This document shows positions 29,685 through 40,051 of a stretch of 64,000 nucleotides of DNA, piece after piece. The first letter of the stretch is position 1; each line of letters opens with the position of its first letter. This DNA is from Candidatus Heimdallarchaeota archaeon (GTDB lineage Archaea; Asgardarchaeota; Heimdallarchaeia; Heimdallarchaeales; Heimdallarchaeaceae). The translations under genes were made by a program, and so were the position numbers. The stretch lies in NCBI GenBank assembly GCA_030603365.1, contig JAUVXV010000006.1, positions 96,001-160,000 on the forward strand, read 5' to 3'. Below the pieces are notes generated by a model, which searched no databases, was not told the DNA's origin, and was given only the letters and a program-made list of their open reading frames with translations.

Positions 29685-30556
29685 TAAGTTTGCAAATCAA
29701 AAACCATTGTTCTTGAATCTTTTGCTGATTTTGCTTTTCCAAGTACATCTAGTATGTAAAAGGCATTTTGAAACGCAAATCCTTTATCTCTGTCTTCAAC
29801 ATCAGGAAAATATCTATTTGCTTCATCCAATCTGGTTGAGACTCTATCAATAACATCATTTTTGTAATCTTTGTAGATGGATTCTACTAATTTTATTGGT
29901 ATTTTACTTGTTTCTAAGTTTAATCTTGAACCACTGAAAAGATAGTGATATTTATTTGAAGAATAAAGATGAAAGAAGCTTCTAGTTCTGAAACCTTTGG
30001 TTGTTCCAACATATTTTATGTCTTCTTTTTTCTTTGAAAAAGAAAGATCCTCTGGCATAAAAAAAGAGGTAACTTCAATGATAAGACCATGTCCTTCTCT
30101 AGTTATAACAGCATAATCTGAAGATGCTAAGAAAAGAAACACATTTTGTAATGCATATCCCCCTTTTATTGAATTCAAATTAGGGAAGTAATTTTTTGCT
30201 ATCTTTTTTCTAATAGTTGCATACTGCATTTTCTTTCCTAGAAAATCCTTAGCTACTTCAAAAATCAAACTCTTATCTATTATTCCAGATTTTATATCCA
30301 AGATCTTATTACATAAGCAGTGAATAGTTTCTTTTGTGTGATAGAATTCATATACGCTTCTGAAGCCATAAATATCCGATATTCTATCCAAAGTAAAACT
30401 ACTAGGCAAAAATTCTAATATATTCTTAACAGATTCTTTTTCTCTATATTCACTTGATGTTCTAGGAATAATATCACTTTTCTTCTTATTTCCACATTTA
30501 CATCTTTGAGGAAGATAACCACATTCTGGACAGAAAATAAATGGATCTTCGGACAT
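29684..30556 (-). CDS. Hypothetical protein: N-terminal Zn knuckle plus two tandem homologous domains
   Basis: CPECGYLPQRCKC; YFP...GYALQNVF and YFP...GFAFQNAF repeats. Confidence 0.6.
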   Translation of the reverse strand: MSEDPFIFCPECGYLPQRCKCGNKKKSDIIPRTSSEYREKESVKNILEFLPSSFTLDRISDIYGFRSVYEFYHTKETIHCLCNKILDIKSGIIDKSLIFEVAKDFLGKKMQYATIRKKIAKNYFPNLNSIKGGYALQNVFLFLASSDYAVITREGHGLIIEVTSFFMPEDLSFSKKKEDIKYVGTTKGFRTRSFFHLYSSNKYHYLFSGSRLNLETSKIPIKLVESIYKDYKNDVIDRVSTRLDEANRYFPDVEDRDKGFAFQNAFYILDVLGKAKSAKDSRTMVFDLQT

Positions 30557-30618
30557 AACAATCAGCTTTGATCATCTATTATCCTAAGAATTTTAAAATG
30601 TAGCTTAAAATTATAAGT

Positions 30619-30647
30619 ATTGTAAAAACTGGAAAGAGAAATACCAT
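30619..30647 (-). promoter_or_regulatory. ATGGT-N19-ACCAT family site upstream of 29684-30556
   Basis: ATGGT-N19-ACAAT on -; TTTTAAAA at 30591-30598. Confidence 0.6.
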
Positions 30648-30711
30648 TTTCTGATACCATTCCAATCCTCTATATCTTACTTAAACAAAAGGAACTCTTT
30701 ATCTTATTAAT

Positions 30712-32181
30712 TCATAATCCTCTTAATCTTGCATGGATGTAGTCATCTTTTTCATTGACTGAATAAAGAAATTCAGCTCTACCTTTTTCTGTTTGTTTTA
30801 TATTTACTAAATTTTTCCTATTTAGATCTGCAAGTGGTTTTGGAGGTTTTCTCTTCAGTTCATTTTCAGTAATTAAATTCTGATTTATTCTTTTTTGTAT
30901 CAGCCATTTTTTAATTTCAATTCGAATTCCGTATGCACTCATAGAACCTAAAGGTTTTGGAGTTTGTAGCTTTAAACCAGATATTCCTTTATTAACAACA
31001 TCTTCTTTATATTTATCAAGAAGAAAATCAAGAATAACCTTTTCTTTTTGAGTTAAAATTGGTTCAGTAATTTGGTTTCTTTCTAAATCATAGTTCTTTC
31101 TTATTTTATTTATAATAGTATTTCCGCGTGACAGAAACATTACCTGTTCTCTTAGTTCCCAAGTTTTAATCTTACTAATGATTATCTCTTGTATCTTATC
31201 ACTGTATTTTTGATAGGCTAATATTTCTGCTGATTTCTTAAATAATACCCTTTGATAATGCTTTGGTAAAATTTTCAAATTTTCGAGAGATGAATAATAA
31301 ATGACATCGAACACAGCTAGTGAGTACTCAAAAAATTCGAACTTTTTTTCAATCGGTTTTTCATTAATTTCTTCCTTATTCAAAATGTCTATCGTTCTAT
31401 CTGCTAAAACACGTAACATGAAAATAAGATTAATAGCATGTTTTATCCTTTCAAGGAATAATTTACTGTAGTTCTTCTCACGAATTAATAGAATTTTATT
31501 AAAATCCAGAAAAACTATATTTACATCATTTATTTTGATTTTTTTCTTGTTTCTTAAATCAAAATTAAGTTTCTTTAGATTTTTAGAATTTACTTCAATC
31601 ATAGTATGAGTATTTGATTCCATAACATGAAACTTACTAAAATCAGTGAAAACAGCTGATAAAATATCCATTTTTTCTGAAGTTTTTTCTCTGTTGCAAA
31701 TTTTTGCGATTTTATCTAACTTTTCTTGTATCTTTTTTGTTTCAGTATTTACTTCTAGTGATACTTTTTTTGTTATAGTTCCAATAAGAGAAGGAAAAAT
31801 CTCAACTCGTTTTCTAGGTTTCAATAATTCTAAGTCATTTTCATTAATAATCCATTTAATATAGTTAGAAACAAAAGCAATAAGTGGTCGAATTGGTTCT
31901 TTGTCACAAATATAACCTCTTGTATTTCTATAATAATTGTATGATTCAGTTGTTAACCCAATTTTGACTTTCCCCATCTTAGGAACGAAAAAATCGTGAT
32001 TTTTATCTTTATAATTATCTTCTTTTGTTTTGTTTTTCTTTGCAAAATAAAGTTGTTCAAGTTTTTGGCAGAACTTTTCACTGGTTTTAAGAAACTCTAG
32101 AGGTTTTCTAACATTTTCTTCATAAATTATCTCTAATAATGGAACAAAAAAACTGAAAGTCAAATCAATTTTATTTTTCAT
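30712..32181 (-). CDS. Hypothetical protein with C-terminal winged helix
   Basis: LTQKEKVILDFL...LADLNRKNLV...GRAEFLYSV; 4-bp overlap with the regulator. Confidence 0.55.
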   Translation of the reverse strand: MKNKIDLTFSFFVPLLEIIYEENVRKPLEFLKTSEKFCQKLEQLYFAKKNKTKEDNYKDKNHDFFVPKMGKVKIGLTTESYNYYRNTRGYICDKEPIRPLIAFVSNYIKWIINENDLELLKPRKRVEIFPSLIGTITKKVSLEVNTETKKIQEKLDKIAKICNREKTSEKMDILSAVFTDFSKFHVMESNTHTMIEVNSKNLKKLNFDLRNKKKIKINDVNIVFLDFNKILLIREKNYSKLFLERIKHAINLIFMLRVLADRTIDILNKEEINEKPIEKKFEFFEYSLAVFDVIYYSSLENLKILPKHYQRVLFKKSAEILAYQKYSDKIQEIIISKIKTWELREQVMFLSRGNTIINKIRKNYDLERNQITEPILTQKEKVILDFLLDKYKEDVVNKGISGLKLQTPKPLGSMSAYGIRIEIKKWLIQKRINQNLITENELKRKPPKPLADLNRKNLVNIKQTEKGRAEFLYSVNEKDDYIHARLRGL

Positions 32182-33668
32182 TCTCTATCACCCAGAATAT
32201 CATTTGAGTTATATTTCCACTCTTGGAATACTGTTTCATATCTTTCTGTAGGTAACTTCCATCTTCTACTATACATCTGATTGATAACAAACATTTCCTT
32301 TACATCTTTTTTGAAAAACATATTAAACAGGCTCATACAATCAAATATCATTTCGGTTGGAATCCTTACAATAAAATGCAATCCTTGATCTGTCTCATTA
32401 ACATACTTTTGGCTATACAATTCTGGAAAAATTGACAACTGTTTATGAATTGTTAGCTGTTCTGAAGGATCTTTTGATAGAAACAGTACTAGATTTGATA
32501 AACCAAAAACATAGTTTGGATTGATTTTTGATCTGAAGTATTGATGTTTTTGTAAATTTTCAACTTGTTTTCGTGCTTCTTTCTCACTTATTCCAAAGTC
32601 ATTTTTTATGGCATTTATTGACATTTCGTTTTTCATCAGCATATGATTGAGAATTTCTATTCCTGTTTTATGCAGATTCAAGACATGTTCCTGATTTTCC
32701 TTAAATTCAGGAACAATAATTGGTAGATTCTTACTATCACTCAATTCTTCCCAGTCTAGAGCTGATGCAATCTTATAGTATGGTAAATCCCATTTTCCGT
32801 ATCTATAGTCATAATTGGCAAAATTGAACGACTTCAACCTGCTGTTCATTTCAAATTTGAATATATTGGAAGAAACAATTTCATTTCTCTCGTTAATAAT
32901 ATCACATAATTTCTGTAAATCATTCTTAACTTGATTATTATCGGGAGTTATATAATTGATCATCACTGATTGTGAATTAGAGTAACTAGTATAAATAGAA
33001 TGCAAAAATGAACTATCTGGTAGTTCCTTGAAGAAGTCAATCTTAGAGGATAAGGGAACATTATAGACAATACCATAAATAGCTAAATTCAGTACTGAAT
33101 AGTTCAGAGATAAACCTGTATAAATGAGCTGTCGTTCCCTTAATTTCCTTTTATATTTTGAGAGGTTTGATGAATCCATTTTTATCTTATCTAACAATTC
33201 ATTATTGCTCATTGTCTGTTCCTTAAGTATGACCTGAAAAACTTCAAATTCCTTTGTATTAAACTTGGGCATAATTTTGGAGCGATAATCAAAGAATATT
33301 TGTAGAAAAGTATTCCAGGATAGTGGGATTTTCTTCTTTTTGAAATAATCTAAAATATTAAAAAAGTGTTTTGATGATTCATCGGAACAACAAAAATTTA
33401 GATAAGAGAAAGGAACTATATAACTGAAATTCTCAAATTTAATTGTTTTTCGATTCTTTGACCAAAAACTGTACCATTCATCGAATTTCTGCTTCTTCTT
33501 TGTTAATTTAGTTCGAATATAGAAGCAAATTATATCCCATTCAGGTGAATCTAATCTAGCTTCATATTTAATAACTAATCTTTCAAAATCTTTGAAAAGA
33601 TCCTGCAGAATTTCTTCTGCTAGTTCCATTCTTTTCTTCTGTTCTGGATTCTGAATGAAAGTCATCAA
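32178..33668 (-). CDS. Multi-domain Lrp/AsnC-like transcriptional regulator (two wHTH plus ferredoxin-like units)
   Basis: FNTKEFEVFQVIL...MDSSNLSKYKRKL...LNYSVLNL; second HTH GIEILNH...FGISEKEARKQVENL...NPNYVFGL. Confidence 0.65.
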   Translation of the reverse strand: MMTFIQNPEQKKRMELAEEILQDLFKDFERLVIKYEARLDSPEWDIICFYIRTKLTKKKQKFDEWYSFWSKNRKTIKFENFSYIVPFSYLNFCCSDESSKHFFNILDYFKKKKIPLSWNTFLQIFFDYRSKIMPKFNTKEFEVFQVILKEQTMSNNELLDKIKMDSSNLSKYKRKLRERQLIYTGLSLNYSVLNLAIYGIVYNVPLSSKIDFFKELPDSSFLHSIYTSYSNSQSVMINYITPDNNQVKNDLQKLCDIINERNEIVSSNIFKFEMNSRLKSFNFANYDYRYGKWDLPYYKIASALDWEELSDSKNLPIIVPEFKENQEHVLNLHKTGIEILNHMLMKNEMSINAIKNDFGISEKEARKQVENLQKHQYFRSKINPNYVFGLSNLVLFLSKDPSEQLTIHKQLSIFPELYSQKYVNETDQGLHFIVRIPTEMIFDCMSLFNMFFKKDVKEMFVINQMYSRRWKLPTERYETVFQEWKYNSNDILGDRE

Positions 33669-33727
33669 TTCTTAAATTTATTAGGTTTATTAATCTCTTT
33701 TGTTTGATTGTTAAGATTCATTAAAGT

Positions 33728-33747
33728 ATCGGGTAAAATTACCCAAT
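33728..33747. promoter_or_regulatory. Palindrome GGGTAA-AA-TTACCC between the regulator and the peptide gene; candidate operator
   Basis: atcgggtaaaattacccaat. Confidence 0.45.
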
Positions 33748-33867
33748 AGTTATTTTCTAATTTTAAGCGCTGAAACCTAGTAATTTTACACTTTTAACCT
33801 CTTTGTCTGCAGAAATATAGCTCATACTATCGGACGCGAATGTTAAACCAAGGAGGTGAAAAGGAAA

Positions 33868-33921
33868 ATGAAAGGACCAATAGAATTTCCACCAGACGAC
33901 CCAGAACCCTGGCCTCCATAA
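33868..33921 (+). CDS. Unannotated 17-aa peptide MKGPIEFPPDDPEPWPP
   Basis: AGGAGGTGA SD at 33851-33859, ATG at 33868, TAA at 33919-33921, followed by a hairpin. Confidence 0.6.
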   Translation: MKGPIEFPPDDPEPWPP

Positions 33922-33931
33922 GGTCAGGTGA

Positions 33932-33972
33932 TAGGGACAAGAGAGGAGCATTAAATCTCCTCTTAGTTCCTA
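33932..33972 (+). terminator. Stem-loop after the peptide ORF
   Basis: AGAGGAG/CTCCTCT core stem with outer TAGGGAC/GTTCCTA pairing. Confidence 0.45.
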
Positions 33973-34089
33973 GGAGATATACGAATATTCTGGGAATACT
34001 CGCGTGTTCCCTTGAATCGTAAAACACAGGAACTTTCCCAAGATAACTAAATCTAACCCTATTTATTTCTTTTTTCTTTGTAGTGTAAG

Positions 34090-34130
34090 ATGGTGAATTT
34101 TCCAATCTTTCCTACCATTTTGAGACTTTT
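34090..34130 (+). promoter_or_regulatory. Perfect ATGGT-N19-ACCAT site plus TGAGACTTTT
   Basis: TTTAAAA at ~34139. Confidence 0.7.
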
Positions 34131-34185
34131 TTTTTAGCTTTAAAAATACTTGAGTATATCTTTGTATTAGTTTGGATCTGATAAA

Positions 34186-34494
34186 ATGGACAAGATATTT
34201 CAATTCAAATGTCTCGAATGTGAATTAGATTTCAAACTAAGGATAGGAGCGGGAGGGAGTTCCAATCTTCCTAAAGTATATTTTTACTGCGAAAGATGTA
34301 AAATCATAACATTGGAACATAAGTGTGAGAATTGTAAAAGACCCCTGAGAAGAATAATTTATCCTCTCAAGGAAAATATACTTGAATTTTATGAAGAAAA
34401 TGGAGAAATCAAAGCTCCATGCCCTCATTGTCATTCAATCTACACGATCCTTATTCCTTTAGACAAGTGGATAACGGACTTTCAACTATGGTAA
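34186..34494 (+). CDS. Multi-CxxC zinc-ribbon protein
   Basis: CLEC, CERC, CENC, CPHC. Confidence 0.75.
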   Translation: MDKIFQFKCLECELDFKLRIGAGGSSNLPKVYFYCERCKIITLEHKCENCKRPLRRIIYPLKENILEFYEENGEIKAPCPHCHSIYTILIPLDKWITDFQLW

Positions 34495-34535
34495 TAGTGT
34501 GAAAAAGTATAACAAAGGATTAATCTCTAGAACAG

Positions 34536-34572
34536 ATGGTATTTTTCCTCCAAATCTTTACAAATTTGAGAC
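34536..34572 (+). promoter_or_regulatory. Motif site upstream of 34647
   Basis: ATGGT-N19-ACAAA, TGAGAC at +31, TTTAAA at 34585. Confidence 0.65.
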
Positions 34573-34646
34573 AAAAGAACCCCATTTAAAACAACTCATT
34601 AACATAATAATCTTGCTCAATTGTATTACTTGGAAAACGGATTAAG

Positions 34647-34958
34647 ATGTTAATGAAAGGGAATGTTACAGAAACTAGTTACCAATTCGAATGTAATTGT
34701 TGTAAGCTGAATCTAATTCTGTACAAAGGAATTGGAGAGAAAAACAACAAATCTTCACTAAATTTTTATTGTTTTAATTGTCATAAAATAAACTACCAAA
34801 ATCAATGCATAGATTGCGGAGATAAACTCTATTATGCAGTCGAAGTGCCGGAAACAAAGAAATATGAATTATTAGAAAAAGAAAATTTAATTGATATAAA
34901 ATTACAGTGTATGAGATGCAAATCGAAAGACACCACACTCACTTCAATTGGAGTTTAA
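34647..34958 (+). CDS. Multi-CxxC zinc-ribbon protein, paralog of 34186
   Basis: CNCC, CFNC, CIDC, CMRC with similar spacing. Confidence 0.7.
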   Translation: MLMKGNVTETSYQFECNCCKLNLILYKGIGEKNNKSSLNFYCFNCHKINYQNQCIDCGDKLYYAVEVPETKKYELLEKENLIDIKLQCMRCKSKDTTLTSIGV

Positions 34959-34994
34959 AAGATGGAATATAACACAAATTGAATCTACTGGAAA

Positions 34995-35035
34995 ATGGTA
35001 TTATTCTTTCTATTTTTTACAAGATTGAGACTTTT
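34995..35035 (+). promoter_or_regulatory. Motif site upstream of the 901-aa surface protein
   Basis: ATGGT-N19-ACAAG, TGAGACTTTT at +31. Confidence 0.65.
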
Positions 35036-35094
35036 TGACAATGATTTTTATTCTGGGGGCTAAATTCAATTAGTTTCTTAAATTAGAGAGGAAA

Positions 35095-37800
35095 TTGAAA
35101 ATGAGAAAGAAAATTATTGTTAGTTTATTAATAGTGCTATTTGCAGTTTCACTGATTCCTTCTAATGCTATTTCAATAGATAGTAATCAAACCCAAGATA
35201 AAACTAACTCTATTGAAACACCAACTAAACAAATTATTAACAAAAACATGAAAGAACAGAAGGAATATAATGGTGATTTGAATTTAGATTCTAGTGTCAA
35301 TCTGCTAGAAACATCCAGTCCTGAGATTTGTTCTCTTGACTATGAACCTGAAAATGAACTTAAGCTTGTCGAAAAACAATCTGTGGTTCCTAATATTGCT
35401 TCAAGAATAAAACTTGCTGTTAATGACACTTCAGATGTAATCAATATTTATTATCAACGTTTAACTGAAGAAATTGTTACACATGGATTACCTGATGAAA
35501 CCTTAGAAATTCATGTAATAGTCAAGGGCTTGATACTAACAGGAGATAGGCTAAATATCCAATTTAGAAGAGATGTAGTTAACTGGCCTGATTCTGATCT
35601 TTATAATGGTTACTATGAATTCGGTTTCGATCTGCTAGGTGATGAAACGTTCCATGTTTATGCAACTGTAACCTTAGATCCTAACCTATCAGACTTCGGT
35701 TATGGAACAGGAGATATTCGATCATATTTTCTTATTATCTACTTAGATTCAGGACCTACTTTATTTGATGGAAGTAACATGAATGAATTATACAGATTGT
35801 GGATGTATGGACATTTAGAGTTGCACAGAGTACAGTACTATAATTATACAACTATCGCTGGAAATGTCGAAACATCCTACGCTGTTCCTGGATGGCAAAT
35901 ATTTGTAAGATTTTATTTTGCTGTCGCTGATGGTCCTGTTTGGGATTTTGATATACAAGGAACAATTAAAGCAGATAAAAAGTGGGCTATTGATGAAACA
36001 CTTTATTCTGATGATGAAAAATTAATCGACTGGATTTTAGAACCTGGATTGTATTATTATGATTGGAGTGATTCTCTTTGGAATGACATGAATTTTACTG
36101 TTCCCGTTAGGTCTTATGGTAATCTTCCAGGAGATACTAGAGCTTTATTTGGAGTCTTGTTTGAAGATGGCTATCAGGTTGATTCAATTAATCCAGATGA
36201 TACTAGAGATGAACTAAATATTATCCCTAATACAGTTGAACAACCACCTCAGGTGCAAATTGAATTGCCACTTGATGGTTATGTAACCTATAATACCACT
36301 TTGTCTCTAAATGTAGAAATTACAGACCCTAATAGCAACTATGATATTGTTTCAGTTGAAGTTTTAGTAGAGGGTTCTTGGTTAGATGGGACAGGTTTAT
36401 ACAATCCAACGATGGGTAGGTTTGATGTTTATGTGACAAACGCATTTACATCATCTGGAATAAAAAATATAACAGTAAAAGCAGAAGATTCAGTTGGAAA
36501 TGTTGGTTATGATTCTGTAGTCTTACAGTATCTAGAATACGGGTTCTTCTTTCCACCCTCCTACAGTGTTTTCAACAAGAAAGAGAGTTTAATCCTATTT
36601 GACGAACTTCAATACTATTCAACAGATTTCATGTGGGGAGATGAAAACAGTAATGTGACAATAACTCCATTTTTCATGCTTTCCGTTGAAGCATCACTGG
36701 AGTATGAATTTCTGTTAGCGTATCCTAATGATGTAAAACCAGGAAGTAATTTCAATACTTACCTGAAGGTAGTAAACCCTGAATTGACTTTAACAATCCA
36801 ATTTCAATTAGGAGTGGATTACACTTTCATTTCAGAGGAGAGCTACTATGAAGGTGGGGTTACAGTCTTTGATGAAAATGAGAAGAAATCACTTCCTATA
36901 AGTTTCGGAATCTTCAGAATAGATCTCCGAGATATTTCAGAACAGATAGAAACACTGTGTCATTATGAAATTGAAACAAGTGACATATTTCCATCATTAA
37001 TTTCATGGTTGGCTAATTTCAAGTTTGAATTAGATTTCATACCTATTGTAAAAATCATGAATTTACTAACTTTTGATATCTCAGGAACCAATTGTGTTTC
37101 AGAATTCGCTTCCCTAACAGTAACAACAGATTCTATGTACGTTATTCCTTGTACAGCTTCTTCAACAGCAACAGGATTAGATGATGCAACAATTATATTA
37201 GACAATTTTAGAATAGAGTCAGCTGTTGGCTTTGAATTATATTGCCAAATGACTTTTTCAGGGAAAATATTAGGATTTACAATAGGTCCTGTGGATGTAA
37301 ACAGATGGCTATACGATTACTTTGGAATACTAATTCCCTACGTAGATATTTGGTTGTTGTCCACAACTCTACATATAGCTGGAACTGAGAATATAGCTGT
37401 ACCTCTGAATCCGTTGGGATTGTCAGCAAAAATAGCAAGCATGTTCTATTCTCTAGATAACATAACATATGTATTTGAAGTAAGAGATTCTAATGGAAAT
37501 TTAGTTTCGGGAGCTTCAGTACAAGTAGTTGATCATTCACAAACATATTATGGGAGTGAACAAAGTCCAGGCTTATATGAAGTTGTTATGGATTACTATG
37601 ATTTACCAGAGATAATAGGTGTAACAGTTACAAAGGCAGGATATATAACTTTAGCAACTAGTTTCAGCTTATATGTAGATCCTCCAGCAGTTACTAAAGG
37701 ACCAATTTGGGAATACACAGCAATTTCGATTGGAGTTATTGCAGTTGTTGCTACTGTCATCACTACACTGATTCTAAAGCTTAGAAGGAGGAATGTATAA
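35095..37800 (+). CDS. Large membrane-anchored surface protein with Ig-like domains
   Basis: Signal peptide, PPQVQIELP..ITVKAEDSVGN Ig motif, C-terminal TM and basic tail. Confidence 0.75.
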   Translation: MKMRKKIIVSLLIVLFAVSLIPSNAISIDSNQTQDKTNSIETPTKQIINKNMKEQKEYNGDLNLDSSVNLLETSSPEICSLDYEPENELKLVEKQSVVPNIASRIKLAVNDTSDVINIYYQRLTEEIVTHGLPDETLEIHVIVKGLILTGDRLNIQFRRDVVNWPDSDLYNGYYEFGFDLLGDETFHVYATVTLDPNLSDFGYGTGDIRSYFLIIYLDSGPTLFDGSNMNELYRLWMYGHLELHRVQYYNYTTIAGNVETSYAVPGWQIFVRFYFAVADGPVWDFDIQGTIKADKKWAIDETLYSDDEKLIDWILEPGLYYYDWSDSLWNDMNFTVPVRSYGNLPGDTRALFGVLFEDGYQVDSINPDDTRDELNIIPNTVEQPPQVQIELPLDGYVTYNTTLSLNVEITDPNSNYDIVSVEVLVEGSWLDGTGLYNPTMGRFDVYVTNAFTSSGIKNITVKAEDSVGNVGYDSVVLQYLEYGFFFPPSYSVFNKKESLILFDELQYYSTDFMWGDENSNVTITPFFMLSVEASLEYEFLLAYPNDVKPGSNFNTYLKVVNPELTLTIQFQLGVDYTFISEESYYEGGVTVFDENEKKSLPISFGIFRIDLRDISEQIETLCHYEIETSDIFPSLISWLANFKFELDFIPIVKIMNLLTFDISGTNCVSEFASLTVTTDSMYVIPCTASSTATGLDDATIILDNFRIESAVGFELYCQMTFSGKILGFTIGPVDVNRWLYDYFGILIPYVDIWLLSTTLHIAGTENIAVPLNPLGLSAKIASMFYSLDNITYVFEVRDSNGNLVSGASVQVVDHSQTYYGSEQSPGLYEVVMDYYDLPEIIGVTVTKAGYITLATSFSLYVDPPAVTKGPIWEYTAISIGVIAVVATVITTLILKLRRRNV

Positions 37801-37802
37801 TC

Positions 37803-38930
37803 ATGAAATCATTGAAATTCGCGTACATAATCTTAATTCTTCTATCTTTTGGTCTATTAGCTCAAACACCTATATTTGAATCCACATATGCTACAACATA
37901 TACTACAAATAAAATCTCTTCAGGTGGTTCAAGTTATACCTTATATTTAGATATAGACTCAACCACCTGGATTCGAGGTGAAGACAATTACTTCTACGTA
38001 GGTTTAATTGTGAATAGTTTTGGGTCTGGGATCTATGATTTTCACGAGATAAACCTATGGGCAATGTTTGACGATGGTGATGGATTCAACATAGTAGATG
38101 AATCAGAATGGGGGTCTATTGAGACTGAAGGTGGATATTATGAGAAAGGATGGTTCTATACTCCTAGTGGGTCTACTCCAGATAGCTTTTCTATTTACAT
38201 TGGGTCTGATTTCTGGGAAGATGTTGGCATAGGAGATCCTTATACAGCTGATGGATGGACTTGGATGGTCGACATAACAGTCATTGACACCGAACCTCCA
38301 GAGATTAATCAACCTAGTGACATTACTTTTGAAGAAGGAGAGACAGGACAACAACTTGCTTGGGTACCAACTAGCAATTCCCCAGATGATTACTATATCT
38401 TTCAAGATGGTCTTCTAGTCGAGTCAGGTTATTGGTTATCAGGATATCAAATTATATACCCAATTAGCTATCTACTGAAGGGAGATTATACATTTCTTAT
38501 TCATGTATATGATACATTTGACCAAATGATTTCTGATACGGTATTGGTTCATGTACAAGACACTACACCGCCAGTGATTAGCTCTCCAGTCGATATTGTC
38601 TTTGAAGAATCTATAACAGGACGAATTATAGAATGGACAGCTTCTGATGCTTATCCAGAAAGCTATGAATTAGAAAGAAATGGAGAGTTAATAGATTCAG
38701 GTTCATGGGAAGTAAATACTCAGCTCCATTTTTCATTAGATGGTCTAGAACCAGGAACTTATTCCTACTGCTTAACTGTATTCGATGATTCTGGTTTATC
38801 TTCTTCTGATTGTGTAGAAGTAGAAGTTGTAGGAACTGAAACAAGTGGTTATAATTCCATCATAACTACCATTCTATCAATAGTCACACTACTTTCAATA
38901 GCATCGATATTCAAAAGAAAATTCAGTTGA
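37803..38930 (+). CDS. Surface protein with two DTxPP Ig-like repeats
   Basis: DTEPPEINQPSDITFEEG / DTTPPVISSPVDIVFEES; signal peptide and C-terminal TM. Confidence 0.75.
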   Translation: MKSLKFAYIILILLSFGLLAQTPIFESTYATTYTTNKISSGGSSYTLYLDIDSTTWIRGEDNYFYVGLIVNSFGSGIYDFHEINLWAMFDDGDGFNIVDESEWGSIETEGGYYEKGWFYTPSGSTPDSFSIYIGSDFWEDVGIGDPYTADGWTWMVDITVIDTEPPEINQPSDITFEEGETGQQLAWVPTSNSPDDYYIFQDGLLVESGYWLSGYQIIYPISYLLKGDYTFLIHVYDTFDQMISDTVLVHVQDTTPPVISSPVDIVFEESITGRIIEWTASDAYPESYELERNGELIDSGSWEVNTQLHFSLDGLEPGTYSYCLTVFDDSGLSSSDCVEVEVVGTETSGYNSIITTILSIVTLLSIASIFKRKFS

Positions 38931-39024
38931 GTAAGTAGATAGAAAAGAAAATCAAACCAGTTTCTTCTTTTCTTATTTTTTTCATTATATCCTGAGGTTA
39001 AGAAAAATATTAGTAGATATAAAA

Positions 39025-39065
39025 ATGGTATTTTTCTCTAGATTTTTTATAAAACATAGACTTTT
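39025..39065 (+). promoter_or_regulatory. Motif site upstream of 39131
   Basis: ATGGTATTTTTC...AGACTTTT aligned; right arm degenerate. Confidence 0.5.
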
Positions 39066-39130
39066 CAATAAGCATTTTTTATAGCATTGGTTTCTTTTCA
39101 TCTACTGATTTAATAGGTTAGAAGGATATA

Positions 39131-39697
39131 ATGAACCACACAGAAAATAAAGAACATAATGTAGCTCTAGAGAGGAAAAGATTAACCAGACTAATGGAAG
39201 AGCGTGCTACCATAGAAGAGATGATGAGAGAGAACGAAGATTATACTGCGCTAAGAGAAGAGTTAGCTGAAACTGATAATAGAAAGATTCTCAAGCCAAT
39301 TCGTGGAGGAAGCAGTAAAACAAACTATACTGCAGATGGCAGATCTTATTTTGACAATAAGAGACTGAGTTTAGATACAACTTATCTTGGTCCCAGATAT
39401 GATGTTAGTGAAATGTTAGATTCAGAAAAACTGGTTCTCAAGATGATGAAAGAGCTTGATGAGAGAAAGAAGCTGATGCAGACTCCTCTAGCAGAGGTTT
39501 ACAAAGAAATTATCAAAGAAGACGCTCCCCCCAACAAGTACTTTGCTATCAGAAAAATGGGAGAGTTTCTAGAAGAGGAAGAATTCACAGCAGAAGAAAT
39601 TGCTTTGATGAGGACACTGATGAAAAGGATAGTTAAGAAGCATAGGGGGTCAAGAGAAGAGTTACTATTGTCGCTGTATATAGAAGAAAAACTATAG
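39131..39697 (+). CDS. Hypothetical protein (copy 1)
   Basis: Near-identical paralog at 46269-46832. Confidence 0.75.
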   Translation: MNHTENKEHNVALERKRLTRLMEERATIEEMMRENEDYTALREELAETDNRKILKPIRGGSSKTNYTADGRSYFDNKRLSLDTTYLGPRYDVSEMLDSEKLVLKMMKELDERKKLMQTPLAEVYKEIIKEDAPPNKYFAIRKMGEFLEEEEFTAEEIALMRTLMKRIVKKHRGSREELLLSLYIEEKL

Positions 39698-39794
39698 AAG
39701 ATGATTTTACTCCTATTTCTTTATTTTGTTTCATCTCCTAGATGTATTTATTTTGCTCCCAAAAGTTCATAATATACAGTTATAACTATTTGCG

Positions 39795-40019
39795 ATGAAT
39801 AGCGAGATTAATACGAGAAGAAAGAATGTAGTAGAGTATCTAGAAGGAGAAGATGTAACCGAAGAATCTGATAGAGAATTAATGTTTAAAATGTACGATT
39901 ATCAAAAGAATCGTCTAAAAAACAAGCTCACTAATATACAAGGTTTTGCTGCTCTAAGTGTATTATTGAGTTTAATTACATTAATTATAATAATAGTTGT
40001 TCTTGTTAAATTGAGTTAG
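39795..40019 (+). CDS. Small tail-anchored membrane protein
   Basis: C-terminal hydrophobic helix. Confidence 0.55.
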   Translation: MNSEINTRRKNVVEYLEGEDVTEESDRELMFKMYDYQKNRLKNKLTNIQGFAALSVLLSLITLIIIIVVLVKLS

Positions 40020-40051
40020 ACATTCTTCTTTTACTAATTCAAAGAATTTTC

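Noticed and set aside
33763-34105. Three overlapping 60-92 aa ORFs in the ORF track
   Set aside because: No RBS or motifs; better explained as shadows of the SD-led 17-aa ORF and hairpin
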